This document shows positions 48,751 through 59,900 of a DNA stretch of 64,000 nucleotides, in pieces. A model generated the notes under the pieces. It saw nothing but the letters and a program-made list of their open reading frames with translations, ran no database searches and was not told the DNA's origin. Positions within the stretch are counted from its first letter, which is position 1, and every line of letters starts with the position of its first letter. A program made the translations under genes and the position numbers. Source of the DNA: Candidatus Hodarchaeota archaeon. GTDB lineage: Archaea > Asgardarchaeota > Lokiarchaeia > Sigyniarchaeales > SOKP01. The DNA lies in contig JBHLKM010000020.1 in the NCBI GenBank assembly GCA_048886685.1, positions 1 to 64,000 of the forward strand, written 5' to 3'.

Positions 48751-51700
48751 ATGAAAATCTATAGAAAAAACTTAAAATCTAAAATTGACATTCTTGGAAT
48801 TCTTTTATTCTGTTTAATTATTCCTCTTTTTCTAAATATTCCATTGCTAGGACTTAAAACAAATTACATTAATCAAGAATCTGATGAAAAAAATGTTAAT
48901 TATGATAAAATAAAAACAAATGCCCCTCCTAATGCCATTAGTTTTCAATATTACAAGACTATTACGATCGATCATAATAAAGTAGCCGGATCTGGTTCTT
49001 ATAGCAATTTTCCTGTATTAATTAATATTACAGACTCCGATTTAAGATTGGATGTTCAATCAGATGGAGATGATATTGCGTTTTCATTTGAGAATAATTG
49101 GTTAGATCATGAAATAGAATTATTTGATCAAACATTCAGTTCAACCCATGCTCACTTGGTTGCATGGGTTCGAGTACCCGATTTATCTGGGGTTATTGAT
49201 ACAGTTATCAGAATGTATTACGGCAATTCTAGCATGAGCTCTCGAGAAAATCCAACGGGGGTATGGGAAAGTGGTTATCGAGGTGTATGGCATTTAAATG
49301 AAGAGAGTCTTGCGAATCCAGCCATAGATTCAACCTCAAATTCTAATGACGGTACATACACTAATAGTCCAGTTTTGGGTCAAAATGGCCAAATTCACAA
49401 CTCTGTTGGATTTACCGATTCATTAGGTCAAAGGATTGAAGTTTCTGATGATGCCAGTTTGGATATATCTAATGAACTTACCGTAGAAGCTTGGATTAAT
49501 CCAAACCTTTTACCCGTTGGCATTGGTTCTAAATGGATGACCATAGTAAGTAAAATGGATGGATCTTGGGATGGGGGCAGCGTCTCTGATTTTGATATTT
49601 ACGTGGCAATTAATGATTATAATAATTATGACATTGGGCTTTCAAATCCTTCTAACTCTTATGACGAATGGAGTTCATCGGTATCTGTTTTAAATGCAAC
49701 TTGGCAGCATTTTGTCTTTACTTATCAAAGCTCAACTTCAATAGGAAGAATATTTTTAAACGGCCTGTATATGGCAGAACATAATTTTGGGATTGGTACG
49801 TTAGGCACGAATAGTAATCCCTTTTTTATAGGATTTAATATAGCCTGGACAGGAGAGGTATTTGATGGATTAATAGATGAAGTTCGTATCTCCAGCAGAC
49901 CTCGCTCATCAGGATGGATCTATACAGAATATCAAAATCAAAATGATCCAGATTCATTTTATTTAATTGGATCTGAACAGATCGTAACAACGGAACCTCC
50001 TGATGTAGGTTACTTCACATATTATAAAATTATTACTATTGATGCAGCTAAAATCGCTGGAACAGGGAGTCATTTCAATTTTCCAGTATTAATTTCAATT
50101 GTTGATGAGGATTTAAAATATCATTGTCAACCTGATGGTGATGATATTGCTTTTTCTACGGGAGGGGATTGGATAAATCATGAATTTGAATTATTCAATC
50201 AATCATATAGTACTACTGAAGCTCAATTAATAGTTTGGGTTAGAATTCCCATTTTGTCTACGAGTTTAAACACAACCCTCATTATGTATTATGGTAATGC
50301 AACAATGACTTCTCAAGAGAATCCAAGTGGTGTGTGGAATAATTATGTTGGTGTTTGGCATTTAAACGAAAGTCCAGCTGGAATTGTATATGATAGTACA
50401 GCTTACAGTAATGATGGTACAACTCTGGGCTCTATGAGCTCATCTGACTTAGTTTCTTGTCAAATAAGCACAGGTTTTGAATTAGATGGATTTGATGATA
50501 TGATTAGTATACCTGAAAGTACGAGCTTAGATTCGGTATCTGATGAAGCAACTTTATCATTATGGATAAATTGGGTTAATTCTTCTGATGGAGGATATCA
50601 AAGAGTGATGACCACTAGTAATCGTTTCACAGCAAATCCGACCCCGCCCCCAACACTCTTCCAAACTGATGGTTTTGAATGGGCGGTTCAACCTGATGGT
50701 GACCACTTCTTTTATCCGTATGGTGGCGTCAGTACTAATTATAATCTTGTTACCGATCCTTTTACAAATAATATTTGGCATTATCTCGTATTAACCTTAA
50801 ATTATGCTACAAAAAGTGTAAAAATATATTTAGATGGAACATCATTAAGTTTTACCATAGAAAATGTACCCTCGCAATGGATTCAATTAGCTAATCTCGA
50901 TGATTGGTTATGGGGAGGAAATTTGGTCGCAAGTGCGAGTCAAATTCTTGGTAAATTTGATGAAATACGAGTTTCTAATGTAGAACGATCTTCGGGTTGG
51001 ATCCTAACAGAGTATAATAACCAATATAATCCAAATTCATTTTATTCCGTAGGTAATGAACAACTAGTAAATGTTCAGCCAGTAAATGCGGATTACTTTA
51101 ATTATTATAAAGTTTTAACTATTGATCACACAAAGGTTAATGGAACAGGAAGTCATGTTAATTTTCCTCTTCTTATTTCAATATTTGATAAGGATTTACG
51201 ATATGATGTTCAAAATGATGGTGATGATATTGCATTTTCTATAGATGGTCAATGGTTAGACCATCAAATAGAACTCTTTAATCAAACTTACAGTGGAACC
51301 CACGCTCGTTTAGCTGCATGGATCCGTATTCCATTTTTATCAACTGCTTTTGATACTAACGTTTCGATGTATTACGGTAATTCTACGATGACCTCACGAC
51401 AGAATCCATCTCAAGTATGGAATTCGGGTTATGTGGCTGTTTGGCATTTGAATGAAGACCCCTCTGGCACACCTCCTCAGATAAAGGATAGTACTATTCC
51501 TGGGAGTGATGGTATCTCTTATGGTACAATGAGTTCTTCAGACCAAGTCTCCGGAATGATCGGAGGTGCGTTAGATTTTGATGGGATTAATGATTATATT
51601 GATCTTGGAAATCCTGGAGAATTGCATATTACAGGTGAATTTACTGTTCAAGCTTGGTTTAAGGTTAATTTTGTTGGTAATGATTATTTAGTCGTTAAGA

Positions 51701-54700
51701 GTGGGGGCACCGGCTTTAGAGGTTGGGATATCAGTTTTGATGATGATCCAGTGATCGCTCCTGACGGTTGGATTATGTTTCGTTACTCACCAGATGGAAC
51801 TAATACGATTTACACTGGTTGGGAACGAGTAAGGGTAAATCAATGGTATCATGTTGTCGGAGTATTCAAACCAAGTGAATATTCTAAGTTATTTTTCAAT
51901 GGAACTGAAGTAGGAATAAGAACGATTGGTGTTCCGCCATCTATGAATGATCCTTCTCTCCCTGTACGTATAGCTAGAAGATCTGATGCTGGTACGTCAT
52001 ATGTTAATGGTACTATTGATGAAGTTCGTATTTCTAACGTGGCTCGTTCAAATGATTGGATTGCCACCGAATACAATAATCAATATGATCCTTCCTCCTT
52101 CTATTCAATTGGTACGGAAATTCCACTGAAAGCTAAAATAGATTTAGAGGCTCAAATTGTAGCAATTGATCTCTATGGAAATCAATTACCAAATATAACT
52201 ATTTCAATGTATCAAAATACTCAATTAATAGATCGCGACATTACTGATGATGTTGGTTCTGTTTTATTTACTGAAATCATCGAAGGAGAATATAATTTTA
52301 CGGCAACGATAAGCTCAACTATCGCTAATGTAACTGAGCTTGTGAACATTACGTCTCAAGCAATTTTGCTTGATAAAGCATTTCAAACTATTACTTTAAT
52401 TTGCAACATAACTTCTCATTTCTTCGAAATTATTGATCTAGATAGCAGTCCTGTTGAATCTGGATGGATCATGGTTGGAAATGACACCCATATACTTCAA
52501 AAGTGCGTAATAGATCTTACAGGGCATACCACCTTTCGATGGGTGGAGGCCCCTCCTTCGGAGTATAATTATACGATCTATTATCGTGATATTATATATA
52601 ATCCCTCTACTCTTGAACTTGCCTCAGGAGATATTACTACAGAGAATGCTACTATACAAGTTCAAGTGGATCTCACAACCATAGAGTTTACAGTGCTAAC
52701 CCTTGATTCTCCGATAACTCCTGTGAGTGGGGCTAAGCTCAAGTTAACTGTGGGTGATCCTTTCGGAGCGAGTATAGTAAATTTAACAACGAATCTTGAC
52801 GGGAAAGCCACCTTGCGGTGGCTGGATTCCTCAGGAATAGGTGATGATTATTGTTTACAGATTGAATTTTTTGGAGAAAATCGATTATTCAATGATACTC
52901 TATTTTTAGATCACTTTGTAAATAACATAAGTTTTCCAGTTGTAAATAAGGATTCTATGGAATTAAGAATTTCAATTAATCTGAATTTGTTCCAAACAGA
53001 ATTAATCTCCTTAAATCCCACAGATTATATAGATGTTGAATGGGGCTCATTATTGAAGTTGCGAGCCTTATTTAATGTAAGTAGAGTTGAAACGGGCTAT
53101 GAACACCTTTTAGGACCTACTTATGCGGATTCCATGGTATATGAAATGTTCTTAGGAGGAAATACTATTCTTTCTGGTTCATTTTTAGAAGAGGCGGGGA
53201 ATGAGGGTAAGCATTATATAGAAATAGATACAAAAAATATTGAAAAGGACGAAAGCTATTTACTAATTATCTCAGCTCAAAAATCGGGATATACAATTCC
53301 ATCAGATTTAATTCTTCAATTAAATATTCTAGAGATTGATGTGGAATTAAATCAGTCGGATAATAATGATTCTAGCTCATTCGCATATTGGTTAGATGGC
53401 GTTAATATGACATTGAAATCCTACGGTCAAAATTCTGAAACTCTTACAATAGAGAATGCTCTTTTTCAAAGTGTTGACCATGAGTTTAATTTTGTGATTT
53501 CTGATGTTCACCAACAATGGAATTTATCCAAAATTGAGTTTAATATTTATGGTATTTCATGGAACACCGATATCCCAAATATTAATATTACCATCGAAGA
53601 TCCTTATGGCACTTTTTCCTATACATTTTATAATTATACTCATAGTGGATGGGATTACACTCAAGGCACATGGACAGGAATCACCCTTGAATTAAACCAA
53701 GCGAGTAGAACAAATGATAATAATTTCGAGTTTAAAATTAGTGGTACTTTTGATGGTGTTGTTGATATTATCGCTGATGCTTATTTTATAAGAGATGCTC
53801 TCAATGTGCAATACTCCAAATTTAATGTTAGTAGCGAACTCTCTCTTTTAACTGAAACAGAAGGATGGGCAATTAATAACGTGACCTTCGAGATCTCGAA
53901 CTGTTATTATACCTCTAACTGGAGTAAGGTAGACTTATCAACCCTCACAAATTTAAATATTACAACAAACGAAGGTTTTAAATACTCATTAGATTACGGC
54001 TATTCAGACGGCACGGGTATTCTAACTATAGATGATAAAGTCATTTATCCTTTTGGAAATCAATTCCTTTTTATAATCGAAAGCTTTCCTGATGTAATTT
54101 TTGATGCGCTTATAAAAGTTAACTATATTCAGGAATTTTACAAAACCCAAATTCTGGAAACCTATAATCTTACAAAAACAGAGCAAGGAGTTAACAACGG
54201 AGGAATTTTTCAAGTAAGTGCAGTAGAGTCAAGTTGGGCTGAGCATGAAGCATTTTTATGGGTCAAGGCTATTAGAAGTGGTTTAAATTACTTCTTTCCA
54301 TCAGATGTAAATATGAATATTACAATTGGAAGCCAAACATACAGTATTGAAGATCATGGAACAGGAACTGGACGTTTTTCATTGACAGGTTTTACTAAAA
54401 ATCAAATATTTCAAGCAGTCATTGACACATCTTCCACTGTAAATTTTAGTTTGGTGCTTTCAGTCAAATATTTACGAACTATATCTTATGAAATTGTAGG
54501 TGCGTTATCTTACACTGTTATTGGAGCTCCTTCCGTATATGGAACAGTTCAATACGATTCAAACTTAGGATATTATTTAAAAACAATCGATACTTCTTCA
54601 CTTGATGCTGATGATTATACAGTAAGATTCACTATGAATAAAGATCATTATCAACTCGCTAAAAAGGATCTTAAATTAACGGTTTTAAATCGTCCTACAT

Positions 54701-56784
54701 TGCTCAATGGTTCTTCTGAATTCTTTAGAAAAATTGCAAAAATTTATGTAAAGGATGCAGTGAATTTTAGTTTAATATTTACTGATGAGATAAGTGGTAC
54801 TAAAATAACTAATCTTGATAACCAATATTTTATCTGGGAAAGCTATGATCAGAGTGGTAATGTTAATGAAACTGGTCTTGGTAATGTATTTAGTGCTATC
54901 GATAACACTTATATATTAGATTTTAACACAAGAGCAAGAGCTGTTGGAGAATATCTACTCATCATTGTTCTAGAGAAGGATAATTATGATTACAAAAATG
55001 GGATGATCCTTCTTACAATCATAAAAAGAGATATTGATTATGTTTTAAGTAAAAATCTTCAAGATGGGCAAACTAATGTAGTTCAAGGCAAGAAAGTAAT
55101 AATAGGAATAAGTCTTACAGATCCTACAAAAAGAGATTCTTGGTTAATTAATGCGACTATAAAACTAACAGTTGGAAGTAAAACCTATGAATTCGTACAA
55201 CTTGCCAACGGTACTTACTCTCTTGAGTTTTCTACAAATAATATAAATGCATTCTTCACCTCAAAAACACTTCGAGGTACTATTACAATTTCTAAAGTTG
55301 ATTATAATCCCGTTGAAATAAAAATTACGATTGTTGTAGAGATGGAAGAAATATTACCAGGGATACCCACTTTTTATTTTCTGTTAATTGTATCAGCTAT
55401 AATTGCACTTGTTGGTAGTTTAGTTGGATATCGAGTCATTCAAAATGCAAGAATACCCTCCTTTGTAAAAAAAGTAAGAGAAATGAAGAAATCTATAAAA
55501 GGAGATAAATCAATTGCAGAATCACTTATATATCGTGAAAAAGAAGTATTCGTTGGAGAAATATTAAATAGCGATTGGAATGAAATTGGATTATCTTTAG
55601 AAGAAATATTTGGGATAACTATTGAAAAGGATAAGAAGAAAAAAACTTCACAAAGAAAGACTTTTGAAACTCCTATTGAACATGAAAATAAACCAATTGG
55701 ATTGGTTTTAATGAAATGGGATGAGAGAATTGGCACTGAAATCAAGGTAAAATATCCCTCAGAGATTAATATTTCAGAAAAATCTTTAATGCAAATATAT
55801 AGCACTCATGAATATAGTGGAGAAAAAGGGATCATAACTTTAACCGCAGAAGCTACTAATATCCTATCCTATTATTCAGGGCCAGAGGAAGGGTATTATT
55901 TGCTTTTACTCTTAAATTTGGATGATGATCCTGATCTTTATGAAGGGGGAATTGCTGATGTATTAACTATTCTTTTAGAATATATTGAAGATGATACTTA
56001 TCTACAAATGCTACCTACCCTATTCCAGCGTTTAGCGTTATATCCATCGCTCAGTTATGAACAAATTCTAGCACTCACTTACCAAAACAAGATAAAACGT
56101 TCAATTCTGAATCTGTTAATAGACGAAGGTTTAGCAGTTAAATCAGAATTAATAATTTGGCTTAAAGATAAACAAACAAAAGGTTTCTTTGATTTAGACG
56201 CGATCTTTAGCGAAATGATTAAATCAGAGATTTTAAAAGTTAGTTCTATTAAAGATATACCCTCCGAACTTATTTTTCTTACTAAAGATATCTTCATGGC
56301 AAGAATTCCTCCTCTTAAATTACTTGAAAAACCCACTAGTTTTGGTTTACCATCTCAATTTGCGAAAGAATATCCTAACGATGTAAAAAAATTCTTCCAG
56401 ACATATCATCCTACAGAAGAAGATAATATAAAGATTGCTGAGATATTAGTTAATCCTCAAGTTTATGAGACGTTAAGACTCTTAAGAAATGCAATTGTTA
56501 CTAGAGACGACCTTCAGAAACTCAGTAGTAGGGGAGTTGATGATATTTATAGTGTTCTAAAAATACTCTGGGATAATAAGATCATAAAAGTTTTTCACGA
56601 TAATCAAAACATTGAATATTATGCTCTTATTTCTGATTTTTATATCGATTATATTTTTCCAAAGTATTTATTGAAATCTATTAAAGATGCTTATGAGCAA
56701 AAATCAAAAGTTAAAAAAGCCTTGATTGAATACCTTAATATCCTTGAAGATACTTATTACAAACTAAAATCAGAAGAAAAATAA
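48751..56784 (+). CDS. Giant single-pass surface protein: 3x (DUF2341 + LamG/ConA-like), beta-rich stalk, TM helix, cytoplasmic longin/winged-helix-like domain
   Basis: Three YYKxITID...NFP...DGDDIAF...MYYGN...VWHLNE...DEVRIS repeats; TM at about 55363-55431; cytoplasmic domain at about 55693-56784. Confidence 0.85.
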   Translation: MKIYRKNLKSKIDILGILLFCLIIPLFLNIPLLGLKTNYINQESDEKNVNYDKIKTNAPPNAISFQYYKTITIDHNKVAGSGSYSNFPVLINITDSDLRLDVQSDGDDIAFSFENNWLDHEIELFDQTFSSTHAHLVAWVRVPDLSGVIDTVIRMYYGNSSMSSRENPTGVWESGYRGVWHLNEESLANPAIDSTSNSNDGTYTNSPVLGQNGQIHNSVGFTDSLGQRIEVSDDASLDISNELTVEAWINPNLLPVGIGSKWMTIVSKMDGSWDGGSVSDFDIYVAINDYNNYDIGLSNPSNSYDEWSSSVSVLNATWQHFVFTYQSSTSIGRIFLNGLYMAEHNFGIGTLGTNSNPFFIGFNIAWTGEVFDGLIDEVRISSRPRSSGWIYTEYQNQNDPDSFYLIGSEQIVTTEPPDVGYFTYYKIITIDAAKIAGTGSHFNFPVLISIVDEDLKYHCQPDGDDIAFSTGGDWINHEFELFNQSYSTTEAQLIVWVRIPILSTSLNTTLIMYYGNATMTSQENPSGVWNNYVGVWHLNESPAGIVYDSTAYSNDGTTLGSMSSSDLVSCQISTGFELDGFDDMISIPESTSLDSVSDEATLSLWINWVNSSDGGYQRVMTTSNRFTANPTPPPTLFQTDGFEWAVQPDGDHFFYPYGGVSTNYNLVTDPFTNNIWHYLVLTLNYATKSVKIYLDGTSLSFTIENVPSQWIQLANLDDWLWGGNLVASASQILGKFDEIRVSNVERSSGWILTEYNNQYNPNSFYSVGNEQLVNVQPVNADYFNYYKVLTIDHTKVNGTGSHVNFPLLISIFDKDLRYDVQNDGDDIAFSIDGQWLDHQIELFNQTYSGTHARLAAWIRIPFLSTAFDTNVSMYYGNSTMTSRQNPSQVWNSGYVAVWHLNEDPSGTPPQIKDSTIPGSDGISYGTMSSSDQVSGMIGGALDFDGINDYIDLGNPGELHITGEFTVQAWFKVNFVGNDYLVVKSGGTGFRGWDISFDDDPVIAPDGWIMFRYSPDGTNTIYTGWERVRVNQWYHVVGVFKPSEYSKLFFNGTEVGIRTIGVPPSMNDPSLPVRIARRSDAGTSYVNGTIDEVRISNVARSNDWIATEYNNQYDPSSFYSIGTEIPLKAKIDLEAQIVAIDLYGNQLPNITISMYQNTQLIDRDITDDVGSVLFTEIIEGEYNFTATISSTIANVTELVNITSQAILLDKAFQTITLICNITSHFFEIIDLDSSPVESGWIMVGNDTHILQKCVIDLTGHTTFRWVEAPPSEYNYTIYYRDIIYNPSTLELASGDITTENATIQVQVDLTTIEFTVLTLDSPITPVSGAKLKLTVGDPFGASIVNLTTNLDGKATLRWLDSSGIGDDYCLQIEFFGENRLFNDTLFLDHFVNNISFPVVNKDSMELRISINLNLFQTELISLNPTDYIDVEWGSLLKLRALFNVSRVETGYEHLLGPTYADSMVYEMFLGGNTILSGSFLEEAGNEGKHYIEIDTKNIEKDESYLLIISAQKSGYTIPSDLILQLNILEIDVELNQSDNNDSSSFAYWLDGVNMTLKSYGQNSETLTIENALFQSVDHEFNFVISDVHQQWNLSKIEFNIYGISWNTDIPNINITIEDPYGTFSYTFYNYTHSGWDYTQGTWTGITLELNQASRTNDNNFEFKISGTFDGVVDIIADAYFIRDALNVQYSKFNVSSELSLLTETEGWAINNVTFEISNCYYTSNWSKVDLSTLTNLNITTNEGFKYSLDYGYSDGTGILTIDDKVIYPFGNQFLFIIESFPDVIFDALIKVNYIQEFYKTQILETYNLTKTEQGVNNGGIFQVSAVESSWAEHEAFLWVKAIRSGLNYFFPSDVNMNITIGSQTYSIEDHGTGTGRFSLTGFTKNQIFQAVIDTSSTVNFSLVLSVKYLRTISYEIVGALSYTVIGAPSVYGTVQYDSNLGYYLKTIDTSSLDADDYTVRFTMNKDHYQLAKKDLKLTVLNRPTLLNGSSEFFRKIAKIYVKDAVNFSLIFTDEISGTKITNLDNQYFIWESYDQSGNVNETGLGNVFSAIDNTYILDFNTRARAVGEYLLIIVLEKDNYDYKNGMILLTIIKRDIDYVLSKNLQDGQTNVVQGKKVIIGISLTDPTKRDSWLINATIKLTVGSKTYEFVQLANGTYSLEFSTNNINAFFTSKTLRGTITISKVDYNPVEIKITIVVEMEEILPGIPTFYFLLIVSAIIALVGSLVGYRVIQNARIPSFVKKVREMKKSIKGDKSIAESLIYREKEVFVGEILNSDWNEIGLSLEEIFGITIEKDKKKKTSQRKTFETPIEHENKPIGLVLMKWDERIGTEIKVKYPSEINISEKSLMQIYSTHEYSGEKGIITLTAEATNILSYYSGPEEGYYLLLLLNLDDDPDLYEGGIADVLTILLEYIEDDTYLQMLPTLFQRLALYPSLSYEQILALTYQNKIKRSILNLLIDEGLAVKSELIIWLKDKQTKGFFDLDAIFSEMIKSEILKVSSIKDIPSELIFLTKDIFMARIPPLKLLEKPTSFGLPSQFAKEYPNDVKKFFQTYHPTEEDNIKIAEILVNPQVYETLRLLRNAIVTRDDLQKLSSRGVDDIYSVLKILWDNKIIKVFHDNQNIEYYALISDFYIDYIFPKYLLKSIKDAYEQKSKVKKALIEYLNILEDTYYKLKSEEK
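52408..52899 (+). repeat. 492-bp exact repeat, copy 1 (copy 2 at 60549-61040)
   Basis: Line-by-line comparison shows identity at an offset of 8141 bp. Confidence 0.9.
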
Positions 56785-56945
56785 TAAAATAAAAGCTTTT
56801 ATTTTTTTTACAATTTTATCCTAAAGAAACTAAATTAAGATACTCTATAAATACTCTAAATATAAATATCTGAATTTACTCTTATCTTGTAAATACATGT
56901 TTTACATTTTACATGAACTTATTTTAAACAAGAATTTGATCAGAA

Positions 56946-59900
56946 ATGAAAACAAGTAGAAATCAACTTATAACTATTAAAAAGAGAATTACAGTTTTAA
57001 GTCTTTTATTGTTCGTATTAATAATTCCTCTGATTCTAAGTTCACCATTATTTTCAAATTTATACAGGACTAATTTTGCAGAGGATAATGATGACAAGGT
57101 TAATGATAAAACTGAGTTGACACCAAAATTAAGTGCTCCTTTTAATGCACATTATTTTAAATACTATAAACTTATAACAATAGATCATAATCAAGTATCG
57201 GGAACATCTGGTCTTACTAATTTTCCTTTTCTGTTATCAATTTATGATGCAGATCTACGTTCTGATGTTCAATCTGATGGAGATGATATTGCATTCTCAT
57301 TAACTAATGTCTGGTTAGATCACGAAATTGAGGTGTTTAATCAAACGTACAATGGAACACATGCTAAACTAGTTGTTTGGGTGAGAATTCCCGTATTATC
57401 TGTTATTATCGATAGTATTATCCGAATGTACTATGGTAATAATACAATGAGCTCACGGCAAAATCCAAAAGGAGTATGGGATAATAATTATAAAGCTGTT
57501 TATCATATGAATCAAAATCCTAGTTCTTCATCTGTTCTAGATAGTACTTCTAATAACTATGATTTTACACCCGGATCTGGTTTTGTTTCCGGAGATCTTG
57601 TCGATGGTATTATCGGGAAGGCAATAGAATTCGGTGGAGTGAATACTCAATACCTTGAATTAACATCAGGTTTTTCAAATCCAACCACCTCTCTTTCCCT
57701 TGAAATGTGGTTTCGACCTCAATTATTTAATACGTATCAACGATATTTTACAGCCAGGTGGAGTTATCCTGATTTACGATTATTAGCTGATAACAGCATT
57801 TCAACCAGAATTCGCAATAATTTAGGTAATATCAGTTCTACACAAAGTACAATTCTCTGGCTTGACCAATATTACCATTTTGTCATGACCTGGCAAGGTG
57901 GATCAGTTGGACGTCAAAAACATTATCTTAATGGCACTCTAATTACGGATGATTACGATGCAGAAGCCTTAGGGACTTCTTCTAGTTGGACAGGATATAA
58001 TCTTGGTTCAGATACTGATCATACAGATCCTATAGGAGCATTCATAGAGGAATTCAGGATATCTTCAAATGTTCGTTCAGCTGATTGGTATGAAACCGAA
58101 TTCAATAATCAATATAATCCTAATAGTTTTTACACAATTGGTGCAGAACAAGAAGTAGTTTGGGAACCTCCAAATGCTCATTATTTCACATATTATAAAT
58201 TAATCACCATAGATCAAAATGAAGTAAGTGGAACTGGCATCCATACTAATTTCCCATATTTATTTTCATTTATTGACTATGATTTAAGATATCATGCTCA
58301 ACCAGATGGGGATGATATAGCTTTTGCTGTCGATGGAGATTGGCTGGATCACGATATAATACTCTTCAACCAAACATATAATAAAACTCATGCAGAACTA
58401 AGGGTGTGGGTCCAAATTCCCTCCCTATATACCACAAAAGATACTATAATTACTATGTTTTATGGAAATTCAACAATGAGCTCTCGAGAAAACCCCGAGG
58501 GTGTTTGGGACAGTGGGTATGCAGCAGTATATCACTTAGATGATGATTTTTTAGATTCTACCACTAACAATAGGGATGGAACAAATTCCGGTTCAGTAGA
58601 TGTTATTGGTAAGATAGGTGATGGTCAAGATTTTGAACATGATGATGGAAGTGATAACATCGATATCGGAACATGGAGCATCTCTGGGTACCAAATAACG
58701 ATTCAAGCATGGGTAAAATATGAATCCTTTGATTCAATTTGGTCGGGATATAGTGATGCCCGTATTTTATCTAAAAATTCAGGTTCAAGTGATGGTTCAG
58801 AATATCATGTGTGGATGTTGGGAACATATAATGAATCAGTAAACGAAAATGGGCCATATAATTTAAGAGGAAGAATAAAAACAGGAATGGATGATGCTAC
58901 TGGTACTAGTACAGTGGAAGCTACAGATCCATCCGGGCGTCTTTCAATTGATGAGTGGTATTTAATTTCAATAAAATATGATGGTACTAATATATATCTT
59001 GTTTTAGATGGAAATACAGTTCTTACACAAAGTAAAACAGGACCATTGCGTGAAAATAGTTGGCCGATATTTATTGGAAATAGTCCTACAGGAAATAGAC
59101 CTATAGATGCGATCATTGATGAGGTAAGAATTTCATCAGTGATTAGATCTGATGATTGGTTAAAAACGGAATATGATAATCAAAATGATCCTACCTCATT
59201 CGGTACGGTAGGAGAAGAAAATGTATTAAATGAAGATCCCCCAAATGCGCTTTACTTTGATTATCATAAAGTTATAACAATTGATCACACTAAAGTTAAT
59301 GGCACTGGTAGTCATGTGAATTTTCCTTTTCTAATATCCATTCTTGATGAAGATTTAAGGTATGATGTACAGAGTGATGGTGATGATATTGCTTTTTCCT
59401 TAGATGGTCAATGGTTAGATCACCAAATTGAACTCTTTAATCAAAGTTATAGTAGTTCTCAAGCAAAATTAATCACATGGGTTCGTATTCCATTTTTATC
59501 AACAGTTCTTAATACAAGCATTATAATGCACTATGGGAATGATAGTATGAGCTCTCTTCAGAATCCAGAAGGTGTATGGGTGGCATATAAGGCAGTATGG
59601 CATCTTAATGAACAATCTGGATCTGGTTATTATATCAAAGATTCAACTTCTAATAGTTACGACGGATCACCGTTTGGTACTCAATTTATAGATTCAGGGC
59701 AAATAGACGGATCTAGGTCTTTCTCAGGTATAGGAGACAACAGGATAATTATTGATAGAGGTTCGGAATTCTTTGATGGGGATAATATGTTTACATTTTC
59801 TTTTTGGATTTATCCGAATTATGAAGATGATTTAGAATGGCAATCAATGACAGATCGTTGGGTTTTTTCTAAAACATCTTCTGTTAGAATGTCCCGACTT

